Shown piece after piece: positions 11,426 to 26,060 of a DNA stretch of 64,000 bases. The first letter of the stretch is position 1. Each line of letters begins with the position of its first letter. Under the pieces are notes generated by a model. The model made no database searches. It worked only from the letters and a program-made list of their open reading frames with translations, and was not told where the DNA came from. The translations under genes were made by a program, and so were the position numbers. The stretch comes from the human T2T-CHM13v2.0 reference genome, Homo sapiens, in the NCBI RefSeq assembly GCF_009914755.1, contig NC_060927.1; one strand, given 5' to 3'.

Positions 11426-13230
11426 GAGAATCTGATAATTATGTGTCTTGGAGTTGACCTCCTTGTGGAGTATCTTAGTGGTGTTCTCTGTATTTCCTGA
11501 ATTTGCATGTTATCCTGTCTTGCTAGGTTGGGGGAGTTCTCCTGGATAATATCCTGAAGTGTGTTTTCCAGCTTGTTTCCATTCTCCCTGATTCCTTCAG
11601 GTATTCCAATCAATTGTAGGTTCTTTTCACGTAGTCCCATATTTCTCAGAGGCTTTGTTTGTTCTTTTGTATTCTTTTATCTCTAATCTTGTATGCATGC
11701 CTTATTTCAGCAAGGTGGTCTTCAAACTCTGATATCCTTTCTTCCACTTGGTCGATTTGGCTGGTGATACTTGTGTATGCTTCATGAAGTTCTCGTGGTG
11801 TGTTTTTCAACTCCATCACGTCAGTTGTTTTCCTCTCTGAACTGGTTATTCTAGTTAGCAGCTCCTCTGACCTTTTATTAAGGTTCTTAGCTTCTTTGCA
11901 TTGGGTTAGAACATGCTCCATTAGCACAGCGGAGTTTTTCTATTACCCATCTTCTGAAGCCTACTTCTGTCAATTCGTCCATCTCATCCTCCATCCAGTG
12001 CTGTGCCCTTGCTGGAGAGACATTGCGATCTTTGGGAGGAGAAGGGGTACTCTGGCCTTTTGGGTTTTCAGTGTGTTTTCATTAATTCTTTCTCATCTTC
12101 ATGAGTTTGTCTACTTTCAATCTTTGAGGTTGCTGACCCTTGGATGGGATTTTTGTGGGGACATTTTGTTTTTGATGATGCTGTTGTTGTTGCTTTCTGT
12201 TTGTTTTTCTTTCAATGGTCAGATTCCTCTTCTGTAGGCCTGCTGTGGTTTGCTGGGTGTTCACTTCAGGCCCTGTTCATCTTGTTCACTCCCATGGCTG
12301 GAGATGTCACTCAGGGAGGCTGGAGAACAGCAAAGATGGGAGCCTGTTCCATCTTCTGGGATCTTTGACCTCCAGGGGCACCAAACTTATGACAGTAGGA
12401 TTGCTCCTGTATAGGGTGTTTGACAACCTCTGTTGGAACATCTCACCCACATGGGTGGCACGGGAAACAGGACCCATTTAACAAAGCAATTTGACTGTTT
12501 CTTGGTGGAGGGGATGTGCTCTGCTGGGGGGAAACCCACTCATTTAGGCTGCCTGAATTTTTCAGAACTACCAGGAGGAAAGACCCCCACCCAGTGAAGA
12601 AAGATGGGTCAGGGTCATGTCTGAAGAGGTGCTCTGGCCACAGTCTACCATAGCCAGTGTGTTTGGCTGTGGGAGGTACCTCTTGGGACCAAGCCATCTA
12701 GTTTCCCTGGTTCCCACAGGGGAAAAACGTGGCTTGGAGCTTAGAGATGGATACCTCCCTTCCCCCACCTAGGGAGCTTAGAGTATTAGGCAGTTATGAG
12801 CCTTAGTGCTGGCTGCTGGCCTTTTCCCAAGGAGCTCAAATGGCTTAGACTACAGGCAGCTACAGCTGTGGTGCTGGTCACTTCTCCCCCCCCAGGAACT
12901 CAGCAGGCTTAAGCAGATTCTAGCTAAGAGGCTATTGAGAATCTGTGCAGCTCTGGGGTTGGAACCTTAGGCCCCAGTGGCATGGGTTCGGGAGTGGGAT
13001 CTCCCGATTCTTGGGTTGCACTATTTCATGGAAAAAGCACAGTTTCCCCAGCAGGATAGCATGCTCACTCACTGCATCCCTTGGCTGGCGGGGTCGGGGC
13101 TCCCCTGCTCTGTGTGGCTCTCAGATGGGCCACCACGCCGCACTGCTCTTCCTTGCTCTCTGTGGATCACTCCAGCCACCTAGTTAGTTCTGATGAGAGA
13201 AACTGGATAACTTGGTTGCCGGTGCAGGAT
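11426..13230 (-). mobile_element. L1PA (about PA11-13) ORF1 N-terminal half and 5'UTR
   Basis: Minus-strand ORFs give ORF1p peptides (NKLENTLQDIIQENSPNLARQ; IDQVEERISEFED). 5'UTR is homologous to the L1 at 34257. Confidence 0.9.
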
Positions 13231-13620
13231 TAGCCTGCCCCAGTGTGCTGGGCATCATCCAATTCACTGAAGGACTGAATAGAACAAAAAGGTGGATGAG
13301 GGCTGGGTTTTCCCTTTCAATGCCTGGCTGCTTGAGCTGGAACATCAGTCTTCTCCTGCCCTCGGCATTCCTGGTTCTCAGGCCTTTAGACTGCAACAGG
13401 AATCTATACTATTGGTTCTCCAGATCCCAGGACCCCTAACTATACCACCAGCTTTTCTGAGTTTCCAGGTTGCCTATTGCAGATTGTGGGACTTCTCAAC
13501 TTTCATACTCATGTAAGCTAATACTCTCTCTCTCTTTCTCTTTATCTATCTATCTATCATCTATCATCTATCTATCTAATCTTACTGGTTCTGTTTCCCT
13601 GGGAAACACCAACTAATACA
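13231..13620 (+). mobile_element. MLT2 (ERVL) LTR, 5' part missing, containing a (TC)/(TCTA)n microsatellite at about 13525-13578
   Basis: gggcatcatccaattcactgaaggactgaatagaacaaaaagg ... ggttctgtttccctgggaaacaccaactaataca. Confidence 0.85.
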
Positions 13621-15399
13621 ATAATCATTCTACAATGTACTAGATAGGCAGTAGAAAAAAAATCACATGGAAAAAGTTATCTGCATCAATCTTTAATCCA
13701 CATTCCCAATTTCCTTTGGAAAATAAAACAATTCAGAATAGTTTTCTTTCTAATTTTTTTCCTGTAATGCTATATTTGCATTGCCTTATCATCCTGACAT
13801 ACATTCTTTCCACTATTATCTAGTCTACATATTCCTCTTAGACTCACATTTCTAAAATACAAAACTGAATGTCTCACTAATATTTTCTGTATGCCAAAAA
13901 ACAAATTGCTTAGCCTGGTATTTCACTTCATCACAGCTCTCATTTCTATGATACTTATAACCCTGAAGGCAGCCTGTATTTCTGTTAATTCCTCAAGTAT
14001 ACATACACCGGACTGTTGTGTGACTTTTTGTACCTCCCATTTATCTCACCTTTCCCCCATTTCCTTGGTGAAGATCAATGTGTTATTCTTTCCATATAAA
14101 GATTAATTACTTTCTCTGCTATGAAGAGTTCCTTTATTACTTTCTAGGCATAATTAATTGTTCTTTCTCAGTGCTCTCACAACTCTTTATATAAGATATA
14201 TATTATAATTTTATATGAATTTGCTGAATACAGTTAGTCACTCTTCTGTTAGAAGTTAAGATTTTGAGTGAACAAACATAATACTTTCTCATCTTTGTAT
14301 TTTCAGAATTCTTCACACCACTGGATATATTGAATGAAAGAATGAGTGGTGCAGAGAACCCATAAATCATGAAATCCGAGAAGTTGGACACAATGAATAC
14401 AGTGTTCTATGAAGATAAATATTAATAATAAAATTGTTAAAATTGAACACTTTCTCAATGCAACCTGAGAAATAGGGTTAGTTATGGAAGAGATACTCTG
14501 GTGTACCTATTTTTATTCAATTGGTGAAAAAGCAGATACAACCAAAGGCAAAACACTTAGAGTAGAAAAAGAACTGCAACATCACTCAACCATTCCTTGC
14601 TAACAAGCAGAGAGTACCAGTGTTTTTCAGTTTAAAGAAGTGGAAAGTTTTAACAGTAGAATGATAAAATTGTAATAATATAAATTATTTTTCAAATACA
14701 TTAACAAAACTAAGGATTTTCTGAAGTTTTTGATAAAGTTCAATCTCAAAGTAGATTACTTGTTGAGTATTATGGCACTACAGGATAGAATTTTAGAGAA
14801 CAGAGTAGAAAGCAGAAAAAGAGCATTCCTGAAGAAATCGGGAAATAGAATAGCCATATTCATTAAGACTTATTACCACTTTTTTCATTGGAAGACATCA
14901 GAGCTTTTAATAAAACCATCTAATATATCTTGGTGAATTCACAAGTTTCTGCAAAGATGGTACTTTTTTAAAAAATTAAGAGGTCTTCACAATTTGGTTT
15001 CATTTTGGTGAATTTGTATGCCCTAAAATTCTTGTTCCTTCTCGTTTGTGAGTAAGCATATCTGAATTTGGTCAAATCCAGTTAAATAATTAAAATATGC
15101 ATAAAAAGAGTAAAAACACATATAGGATAACTGGCAAGACAGTAGTTAATTCTTTCCCCTCACAAATAAAGAATTCAATTTATATTATTTACAGTTAGAG
15201 ATACAAATTTCCCTTGAAATTGTTTTTTTTTTTTTTAAAGGTAAGAGCTCTCGTTTTTCTGGGGCATGAGTGTAACAAGCTCCTGGTCTTGTACGATAGC
15301 TGCCTTTTTCTGAGACCCCTTGTAATTCAGTCTTGAAGTGGAGAAGACAGATTTGCAAAGGAACTTAATTCTTTTTTGGGACAGGCAGGGCTAATACAA

Positions 15400-15880
15400 T
15401 GTATATTTTAATATTTTTCAGTTTTCTGTATATTATGATGTTTGGGCATCTTAGCCCAGCCTAGAGCATGCCTTTGGTTTGCAAACTAACCAACCCAGAA
15501 CCACACTTTCTCTACCAGCCCATGCACCGCACGAGACAGTATTTCTCAGCCTCAACCATTCCAGGACCAGGTTCTAGGCAACTGGGAACCACTCCCATAG
15601 CTCAAAACTCACTGAAATTATTCAAACTAGTCAATTCTAAACTGGTTCATCCTGCGCTGTCTTGACTTTCCCTTGGAAACCCCAATAAAGACAGTGACCT
15701 AAACCTTCCCCTTACTCCTGTCTCCTTCTTAACCATCCTGCTGTCTTTTCATGTGGACCTGTGTGGTAGGGCTTGCCTCCTGTCTTTAAAATCTGTAAGT
15801 ATAATAAACCTTGTTTTTATTTTCTCCTGAATTTCTCCTCCGTCTCCTCTTGTGCATGCACCTGACTGACCATCACATAA
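15400..15880 (+). mobile_element. Old ERVL LTR (MER74/MER73/MER54-like)
   Basis: tgcaaactaaccaacccag...ctgaaattattcaaactagtcaattctaaa...ggaaaccccaataaag. Confidence 0.6.
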
Positions 15881-16359
15881 GAATAATACTATTGTGTGAA
15901 ATTAGGAAAATCTGTTTAAGTAAACTTGAATGGCCCTGACCATGTTCCACTGATGGGAAAGGATTGAAGAACCTAGTGTTTGTGCAGAAGTGATCAAAGT
16001 CACATCATGAGTGGTTGAAATGGCTACACTGGTTACAATCAGAATCCCAGTGTATTCATTTATAATGAGAAATATAATTTCTAAATAAATAAAATCCTCA
16101 GAACAACCATAAAATTATTTTCTGCAAGCCAAGCTAGAAAATCATATTATCAGAAATTTGCTTGGTGCAGAAGGAAACAGAAATGAAGTATATAAGGCTC
16201 TAATATGTAATGCTGGAAGCTGCAACACTCACAAGCTATTTCCATTGCACTGAAAAGAACGTCTCCCCTCTGGGCAGGGCTCGGAGGATCCCAAGCAGGG
16301 GATGTTTGCATCTTTACTGCCATTGTTGACTGCTTTGTGCTGATGAACGTTTATTCATG

Positions 16360-17140
16360 CAGTGGTTCCTAAACTTTTTAGTCTCAGAACTCCATTATGA
16401 TCATCGTGGGCCCCAAGGAGTTTTTGTTTTATATGGGTTATATGTACCAATATTTGTTTTATTGAAAATTAAAAATGGAAGATGTTGCTTATATTTATTT
16501 ATTTAAAATAAATGACAATAAACCTATTGTATGGGAACATAAATAACAATTATTATAACAAACTATCATTTTCAAGTACACAAATATTGTTTTGCATTTT
16601 TTGCAAATCTCTTTTATATTTGAATGAATAGAAGACAGAGGTTTCGTGTCCTTTTCACATTCTATCTGTTGCAACGTGTTGTTCTGGTGGAAGTATATGA
16701 AGAATATCTGGCCTGGCACAGATACAAAAAGGAGTATTTTTAAAACTTTTTCAGTTAGTGTGGATTTTAATACTACACAAAAACTTGACAAGTGGTAGTT
16801 TTACAAACAAAACTTGCAATGTTTAATTTGAAAGTTATCAACCAGGCATGTTGTTGGATGCCTATCCTCCCAGCTACTCCAAGGCAGGAGGACCCCTTGA
16901 GCACAGGAGTTGGAGGCTGTAGGGAGCTGTGATGATACCACTGCACTCCAGCCTGGGCAACAGAGTGCAAGATTTTATCTAAAACAAATAGAAAAAGAAA
17001 CCATAACAATAAACTTATACTGTTACATTGAAATTTATTGGTATTTATGGCATTACGGATGAACTTTTACCTACGCAAGAATTTTTGTCGTACATCGGTA
17101 ATTTGGAAAATATTAGCTCAATAAATATACTAATGTTGAC
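16360..17140. mobile_element. hAT-Charlie (Charlie1-like) DNA transposon fragment, split by an Alu monomer
   Basis: Terminus cagtggttcctaaactttttagtctcag; internal aatagaagacag and acttgacaagtggtagttt. Confidence 0.75.
16841..16998 (+). mobile_element. FRAM / AluJ right monomer
   Basis: cccagctact...ttgagcacaggagttggaggctgtag...ccactgcactccagcctgggcaacagag, then an A-rich tail. Confidence 0.85.
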
Positions 17141-18261
17141 ATAGGAGTCTATTAACTGTACTTTAAAAACCATGTTCTATAGAATATATTCTGACTATAA
17201 ATATTTTAGTATTTAAATCCGCATATATAATAAGACTCAATTTAAAAACTAAGATGTAAGTAATAAACAAAAAAGAAATGTTTTTGAATAATTACCCAAA
17301 GAATTAAATTTTAGAATGTAAGAAATATGCTAAAAAATTATTAAGTGCAAAAAAATAACTTCTGGTCTGTTGGTAGGACTCTAGTCCTAGAAGCTGGAAA
17401 GAAGTAATTTAATATAGAATAATTAAAAAGACTGAACTTTTTGCCAATACATATTATGCTTTTTGCCAATATGTATTATGCTTTATCATTAGATGGCTTA
17501 TGGAACTTCGCAGAATGCCTGGTGTGTGGTAAATTCTCAGTAATACCTAAATAATTGGATAATTCAATAATGAATTAAAATGAAAAGCCCTTAGATCATT
17601 TTGAGGTTTGTATAGTAGCTGACAGGTGACTAGGATTTTGAACTGCTCCTTAACAGAGAAAAAAGACTTGTGTTAATAAGGATCTGACCCAAAGCCATTC
17701 TTATCATTTCAGGATAGATATAGTCTAAGTTCTTTGAGTATCTGCTTTGTTCTCCAACTTTGGCAGGAAAGTGATAAGAAGTTTTGTTGTCCATAACTGA
17801 AAAATTAGTACTTCTTAGTTTCACTGCTATTTGATTTGTGCTTTATTGTTTGTGACATGAAAAATATGATTTAGTTGGTGCTGACTGCTGTCATGAATTA
17901 AGCTGCACTTCGAACTGCGTATTTAGATCTTGTTTTCACTGCACTGGGCAGGCAGCAATAGCTTTTCACCAGTTCTAAGTGAAACAAGAGAAGTGACCTA
18001 CAGCAGAATTCTTAACAGGAATTTTCCAATTTTTAAGCAATTGACTACTAATACCATTTACAAAACAGAACTCTGGGCCTGAAGAATTGTAGCTTTATAA
18101 TATCATTTTTGCTAAGTTGTCTTTTTCTTACCCATTTTGCAATATGAGGATTTCAACTTACACAAGTAAGTTTTATTGCTATAGCTCAGACATTGTGCCA
18201 GGCAAAGTAAAGATGCCAGGAGGCATCTGAAGATATATGAAACCCAAGATATAATATCAAG

Positions 18262-18689
18262 TGCTATGGGTTGAATGTGTCCCCCCAACATTCACATGTT
18301 GATATTCTAACCTCCAATACCTTTGAATGTAATTTGATTTAGAAACGGGATTTACAGAGGTAATAAAATTAAAATTATTAAGATGGACTCTAAGATAACT
18401 AGTGTCCCTACAAAAAGGGGAAATTTGGAGACAGTCACATATAGAAGAATAATGCCATGTGAAGATGAAGACAGAGATTGAGATGGTGATTTCTACACCA
18501 AAGGTTGCTAAGGAAACCACCAGAAGCTAGGAATCTAGGAGGAACACACAGAACATATACCCTGTCACAGGAACCAATCCTGCTGACAACTTGCTCTCAG
18601 ACTTCCAGAACTGCGAGACTGTGCATTTTTAGTGTTCTAAGTCACCCAGTTTGTGATGTATTGTTACAGCAGCTCTAGAAATTAATACA
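18262..18689 (+). mobile_element. MLT1B/C MaLR solo LTR
   Basis: tgctatgggttgaatgtgtcccc ... gttacagcagctctagaaattaataca. Confidence 0.85.
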
Positions 18690-19223
18690 CTAAGATACTT
18701 AGTCCTATGTTGTTCTGAATTAAATTACTTCTCTTCAGTTTCTAGGGATACACTCTTTTTGGGCTGAAACCATACTTCGCTTGTTTGGGAGGATCAAATG
18801 TTTTTCACATGAAGATTGGGCATGATGATATTAGCATTTTGGAGGCTACGGATACTGACACTTCTTTGGTGTTTGAAAAGGTTATTGAGGCTTATGGATA
18901 AAAGCAACAGATGAAGAAGTACATGTTATAGATAGTATAATCAGTCTGAAATACATTGAGAGTCACCCAGAATTATGCCCAGCAGGAAACTGGCTAATTT
19001 CAGTGCTTTTCTGATTAAGCCATATTAAAGACACCTAAAATAAAGGATTTTCTAGCTAGCCAGGTGATTATGTTTCACCATACTCTCTAAAATAGGTAAA
19101 CCACATAAGACATGATCAATATACAGAATAGTGATTTAAAACTATCATGAAATGTTTTGGGAACTTTGCGGAAAGAAAATATACAGTTTAAAATCATCTC
19201 AGCTTTTATTTCTTTAACACCAA

Positions 19224-19745
19224 TGTAGAGGGCAGAATAATGGTCCCCTAAATGTGTCCATGCCCGAACCCACAGAACCTGTGAATATGTTACCTAACAT
19301 GGCAGAAATACTCTGCAGAGGTGATGAAGGGTATGGCCTTTGTGAAGAGAAGATTATCCTAAATTATTCAAGTGGGTTCAATTTAATCACATGGGTTCTT
19401 AAAATTGATGGCCCTTTCCTGGATGAGTTCAGAGTCAGAAGAAGATGTGACTGAGAAAGAAGGCTCAGAGAGATGCCACATTGCTGGTTGCTGACTTTGA
19501 AGATGGAGGTGGTGGCCATGAGCCAGGGAAATTAGGAAGCTTCTAGAAGCTGGAGAAGTAAAGAAATGGACGATTTCCTGAAGCCTCCAGAAAAAAATAT
19601 TGCTTTGCCAGCAACATAATTTTTATCCAATGAGACCCACTTGGGTTGGACTTCTAACATACCAAACTATAAGACAGGAAATTTGTTTTGGTTTAAGCTA
19701 CTAAATTTGTGCTAACTTACTACAGCAGCAATAAAAAATAATACA
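19224..19745 (+). mobile_element. MLT1D MaLR solo LTR, TSD accaa/atcaa
   Basis: gcagaataatggtcccc...aacctgtgaatatgttacct...cagcagcaataaaaaataataca. Confidence 0.85.
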
Positions 19746-20849
19746 ATCAATAAATTATCAACAAGTATGTATTGATCGTCTAATTGTGCATGGTGCTTTA
19801 AAAATACGTGTATCAGAGTATGAACAATAATACAACAGTTTGTTGTGAAACATAAGAAGATATGAGACTAATATGTAAAATGTTAGAAGTGAGACTCAGT
19901 ATTTTTAAACAACTTTGATATCCATAGCCATATTATAAGCAAAAAATAATTTAAACAATTTGCCCAAAACCACACAATTAGTATTTGTCTAGTTTTGTCT
20001 GAATTCATAGCTGAATTTTCTGAACTCATTCACTCTACTTTTTCTCAGGATTCCTGCTACTGAACAGTTAACTTCCTACGTAGAATATTAACTTGTGGGC
20101 CACATATTTATTTTTAATAAAAGTGACATTTCAAAGAAAACTTAGAAGTCTCAAAAATAAATACTTCATGTATTATTTTAATTATATATGAATAACATTC
20201 TCTACTATTATTTTAATTAAGATGAGAAATAAAACTCAGAATATACAATATCTATCTTTGGAGTAGCTATGATATTGTGGGGGTGCAGCATGAGAGGTAG
20301 TTTTTAAGCATATACTTTGTGTTTACTATTTTTTTAGTTTTATGTTCCCACTTGAATAGAGAAAGAAGTGGTCTCTGAAATACCTCCTCATTAGGCAGGA
20401 AACTTTCTTAGGAATCTATTATTTCTTGATAAAGTTTAAGTGTAGCCTCAATATTCTCTTTTAACTTTCTTTGGGAGTGTAACGCACATATCAATTGGAG
20501 ACCCTCCTCTGCTCCTTGGAGACGAAAATTACCTTGAGCCTCTTAATATAATTTATGAGAAAGCCCAATAATCTGTCTAGGATTGATGCAAGTTCCTAGG
20601 GGTCTTATGTATTCATAGCCTTCTTTACCTCTGGGGTTTCCGAGTCCACATGTGCTGTTCTGCTACCAATATTAACCTTGAGAGACTCCACAACATCAAA
20701 AGAATAGATTTTCCTGAAGATATCAATGATGGAGAACAATGGGTTTTGTATCACAAACAATTTTAAATGGAAACATAAGCCTCCTTTTTCTTAAAAAAAC
20801 ATTTTCACATCCTCTGTACTATGACTTCTTTGAAAAATTATCATTTTGC

Positions 20850-21700
<851 letters not shown>

Positions 21701-23822
21701 TCATTGTTGAGTTTTTGACCTTGCACTTTATTTATATACGGCACTTATTCTTTTTTGTGTCCAGAATCATCTCAATTTATTTTTCTTTCTTACTGCTATG
21801 ATCTTTCATTTCGCTCCTCTCTCTTTATAACAATAGAGACATTTTCTCTGTCTTAAACAGCGCAAGTTGGCCTAAAGCCTTTGTAAGGCCCTTGCCCTTC
21901 TTGGATTTAAATTTTTCCACTGAGAAGTTGGTCAAAGTATTTTCCCAAATGAATATAGTTCCCTTTCTAATATGAATCCCTATACCAACTACTAAACTAA
22001 AAGATTCTGTTTTCATCACTTTTTCAGGAGTTCATTTTTTCCCACTGTGAAGGCCTGGATAGAAATTGGGAAGGCCAACTCAGAATATTTTTGTTTTTAT
22101 ACTTTGCAGTTTATTTTTCTGTGTGGATTTAACAGAATAGAGAGACATCTCCTAATAACTCGAATTGGCCATTTTAATATAAGAAGCTATATTTTTAATA
22201 ATATAAAGTATAGATAACACTTTATAGTATATAATTACATACCATATAATGCTAATATATTATATATAAATATATAACATGCTGTATAATATATAATTAT
22301 ATAAATTATTTTTTCAGAAAAAGTAATTGAAAAACTTCAACCTCCAGAATACATAAATAGCCTAGCTATTTTAGCTCATGCCACAGTTTGCATAATATTT
22401 CACAAAATATCCAAAGTAAGACAAGAAAGACTTTTGAGGGGCATGAAAAATAAATTTGGCAGAGGCCAAACTGAAAACAACTGTTTCTCTGGGTAATAAA
22501 GGTCCCAAAAGATTAATCAGGTTTTTTATATTACATACTTTGAACTAAAATATTTGTTTTTCCTGAGCAGCGCAATGTTTTTCACATAACACAATGTTAG
22601 AAAGTTAGTGCTGTATCATTAAATTCAAATATGTAGTGTAATGTTACATGGTAGTAATCTTGTTGTCGTGAGCCACAGAAAATATGTTTGGTTCATACTG
22701 ACATTTATTATTAGAAAGGAGAGTTAAGCACCCGATTGAATAATTTGGGAGTAGATCTTGCTGAGACATTAAGACATTTAAATTGGAAGAAAGAAATAAT
22801 GAAATTTATTCTATAATTGCGTTTAGATAGGTAGACAAATAGAAACAACTGTAAAAGTTTTCTATATATCGTTTTAAAGTAATGTATGCTAGAAAATTAC
22901 GATTAAAATATTGGATCGGAGAAGACAGAAAGTAAGATTTGATCAAGGAACTCATGTTATCTTTAAGCCTGAGTTTGTATGCTTCTGGGATGACATTATT
23001 TGTAACTACTTACGTCTTCCACACGGTTTCCTAGAGAATGGACTATTATAAATGCTTATGAGTTCTAAGACAGATAGTAAACAAAATTACTTAAAATAAT
23101 AAGATAGAGTCTTAGCAAGTTTCATACTGTATTTTAGGGGGAATCCACAACTATAGCAAACTCCATTTGAATGCTGAACATCTAATTATTTGGAGGCCAC
23201 AAAATACATATGGTTTATTTCTTAAATATTGATAAACTCTGAATTTATTAGTCATTGAGATGTTCTTAATTTTTTACAACAATTATTTTAGTCATTTAAA
23301 TGTCATGATTTTATAATTTTTAAAATGGTTTAGCATTGTTTAAAAAGAACATTATCTACTTGTTTTCATAAATACATTTCAGGTTCTTATAATAATACTG
23401 GTTGAGGAAAATGTTCACTTCATAAGCAAACTAAATGTGGCAACTAATCACTCAGGCTATTTGCCACCTGGTACAAATATTGAAGAATAGCTCTTACTTC
23501 TCTCTAGTGTCATTCAGCAATGAGAAAGCATCATCTACTTTATAAAAGGCCAAGTGGATTGTTAATTAAAAACTAATTACATCAATTAAAAGTCCTAAGT
23601 AGTTAATTTGTTCTTAACAATTTTTTATTTACTAGTATAACTAGATATTATTTTTTGGCTATTGTTAATATTACAGAAACATTCATCATAATATCTATGG
23701 AAAATAAAATAAATATCCATTAAAATTAAGAACCCATGTCTTTTCAAGCTTGTATTATAAGCTAGCTAAAATGAATTCCTTTTAACTTGTTAATAAATTA
23801 GGCACATTCACAATTAGATGAG

Positions 23823-23964
23823 TTTTTTATTATTATTATTTTTTTGGCAGTGACAGGGTCTCATTATGTTGCCTAGCTTGTCTCAAACTCCTGGCCTCAA
23901 GTGACCCTCCCGTCTTGGCCTCCCAAAGCACTGGGATTACAGGCATGAGCCACTGCACCTGGTC
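23823..23964 (-). mobile_element. FLAM_C / AluJ left monomer
   Basis: gggtctcattatgttgcc...ctcctggcctcaagtga...ctgggattacaggcatgagcc. Confidence 0.9.
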
Positions 23965-24379
23965 TAAGTGTCAATTGATGTAGGAATATATTCTTTAACT
24001 CAATGTGATCCTTTTGTATTACTCCAGATTTTAGTGTCAATTTTCCCAACAGGATCACTGTTGATTTTTCAGATAGTTTTTACATCTTGGTATAAATCTC
24101 TTTTAGCTTCTGTTTTTTTCCACACACATTAATACATTGTAATTCATTTAAAGAAATAAACCTGTTTTATTTTTGGGGAAAAATTATCTGTCTGCCTTGC
24201 ATAGAAGCCATGGTATTGTGTTATGTCAATTCTGGTGCCTCTGAGGCTTTTACTGTTCATGAAGTAAATCCAAGTGAGCCACCTAATTTGATTGTTCCCA
24301 TCAACTCCACTCCAAATTAGGAGAGTCTTTGAGACATTCACAACTGTGACACCATAAATTGTGGTCAACACCTTAACTA

Positions 24380-24917
24380 TGTAGGAACCCCCACTTTAAC
24401 CCCAGAGTTGATATGAAGATTACTTTATGCTGAAGATTTTTGGGATTCAACAGATGCAGATAGAAGCCTTCTCATAGCTTCCCTTATCTGACTAAAAGCA
24501 GAAACTTCTGAGAAATGAGGCTGCCATAAATTCCTTTTTTTAGAGCAGCTTTTACTACCAGGAAGGAGACCAGGAATAAGCCTATTATAAATCCCTTCTC
24601 TTGGGGAGTTTTATGGCCATGAAGAAGACAGAAAAACTACTTGCACCTGAATGAACAAGCAATATCACAAACTTTCTTATCTCCTATTTGTTCTTCTATA
24701 AACTTCCCTGTCCTTCCCAAAGAGTCCCACTCCCTTTTCCCTACTAAGTTAGTATATAAGCCTGTAACTTTAACCATTTATTAAGCTACTTCTTTTGTAA
24801 ACACCTGTATGCATAGAAATACATTTTTTTTGTCTTCTGTTAATCTGTTGTCAGTTTAATTTGCAGGCCTCCAGGACTTAACCTAAGAGGGTAGAGAAAA
24901 GGTTTTTCTCCCTATCA
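24380..24917 (+). mobile_element. ERV1 solo LTR (MER34/MER39-like)
   Basis: tgtagga...cagatgcagatagaagccttctc...cccttatctgactaaaagcag...ttttctccctatca. Confidence 0.65.
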
Positions 24918-25340
24918 ACTACCTTTTCTCTTGGAATGAGATTGTAGGTAGGACTTGAGAATGTATAACTTCCTCACAGGATGTAATAACACCTTAGATT
25001 AATTCAGCTCCTAAAGTTCACAAGGCATTCCATAAATATTCACTTATTTAATCCTTATAATAACAATGTGAAATAAGACAGTATTAAATTTTAATAATCA
25101 TTATTTATACAGAAACTAATAAAAAATTATAAATTAAAATTTATTTTAAATAGAAGTTCAGATTTTACCTCAAACTTTCAACGTTTCTTGAAATTTTATT
25201 GTTTCACTTTTTTGAAAAGGGGAATAAGCATCAATAAATTATAAGACTATTAACCTAATTTTATTAGAAAATATAATAATGCTTGCCATTTATCATGAAC
25301 ATTTTAGATGTGAGTCACTGTGCTAAGAAGTGTTTTATGT

Positions 25341-25766
25341 TGTGAACCCCCCAAATTTGAGAAAGGTCTCAGTTAATTTAGAATGTTCATTTTGCCAAGG
25401 TTGAGGATGCACGCCATGACATAACCTCAAGAAGTCCTGATGACACGTGCTCAAGGTGGTCGGGGCACAGCTTGGTTTTATACATCTTAGAGAGACATGA
25501 GACATCGATCAATGTATGTAAGAAGTGCATTGGTTCTGTCCAGGAAAGGTGGCAACAACCCCAAGCAGGTAGGGGGCTTCCAGGTCCCAGGTAGGTGAGA
25601 GACAAACGGTTGCATTCTTTTGAGTTTCCGATAAGCCTTTCCAAAGGAGGCAGTCAGAATATGCATCTATCTCAGTGAGCAGAGGGATGACTTTGAATAG
25701 AATGGGAGGCAAATTTGCCCCAAGCAGTTCCCAGCTTGAAGGGACCCAAGACATTTTCCTTTCACA
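25341..25766 (-). mobile_element. MER4A-type ERV1 solo LTR with 4-bp TSD atgt, inserted in MIR-like sequence
   Basis: Reverse strand starts tgtgaaaggaaaat. atgt flanks both ends (25337-40, 25767-70). Confidence 0.88.
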
Positions 25767-25839
25767 ATGTCTATTACTTCATTAGATTGTCGCAACACCC
25801 TATGAGGCAAATTATGATAATAGCTCATATTTATGTTCT

Positions 25840-26060
25840 GCTTACCATTGTCTGGGTGCAGTCCTAAGTGCTTCCATATGTTCAATCACTTAATAATCAC
25901 AAGATATTGAAAATGAATCATATACTTTCATTATTATTGAAATGTTATGATGTCAACAGTGGCATGAAGAAGGTAAGAAACTAACCCAAGGTCACATGGC
26001 TATTCAGTGGGAGAACCAAATTTCAAATTTAGGAAGCCTGACTCCATATTCTTCACCATT
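25840..26060. mobile_element. MIR fragment
   Basis: aggtaagaaactaacccaaggtcacatggctattcagtgg...ctgactcca. Confidence 0.6.

Noticed and set aside
14730-14936. 68-aa ORF in unique DNA
   Set aside because: Non-ATG start, no recognisable domain and no convincing splice-site pair.
22160-22310. AT-rich quasi-repeat, also at 60510-60670 (ataatagctaaat x3)
   Set aside because: Low-complexity slippage; no repeat-spacer organisation, so not CRISPR-like.
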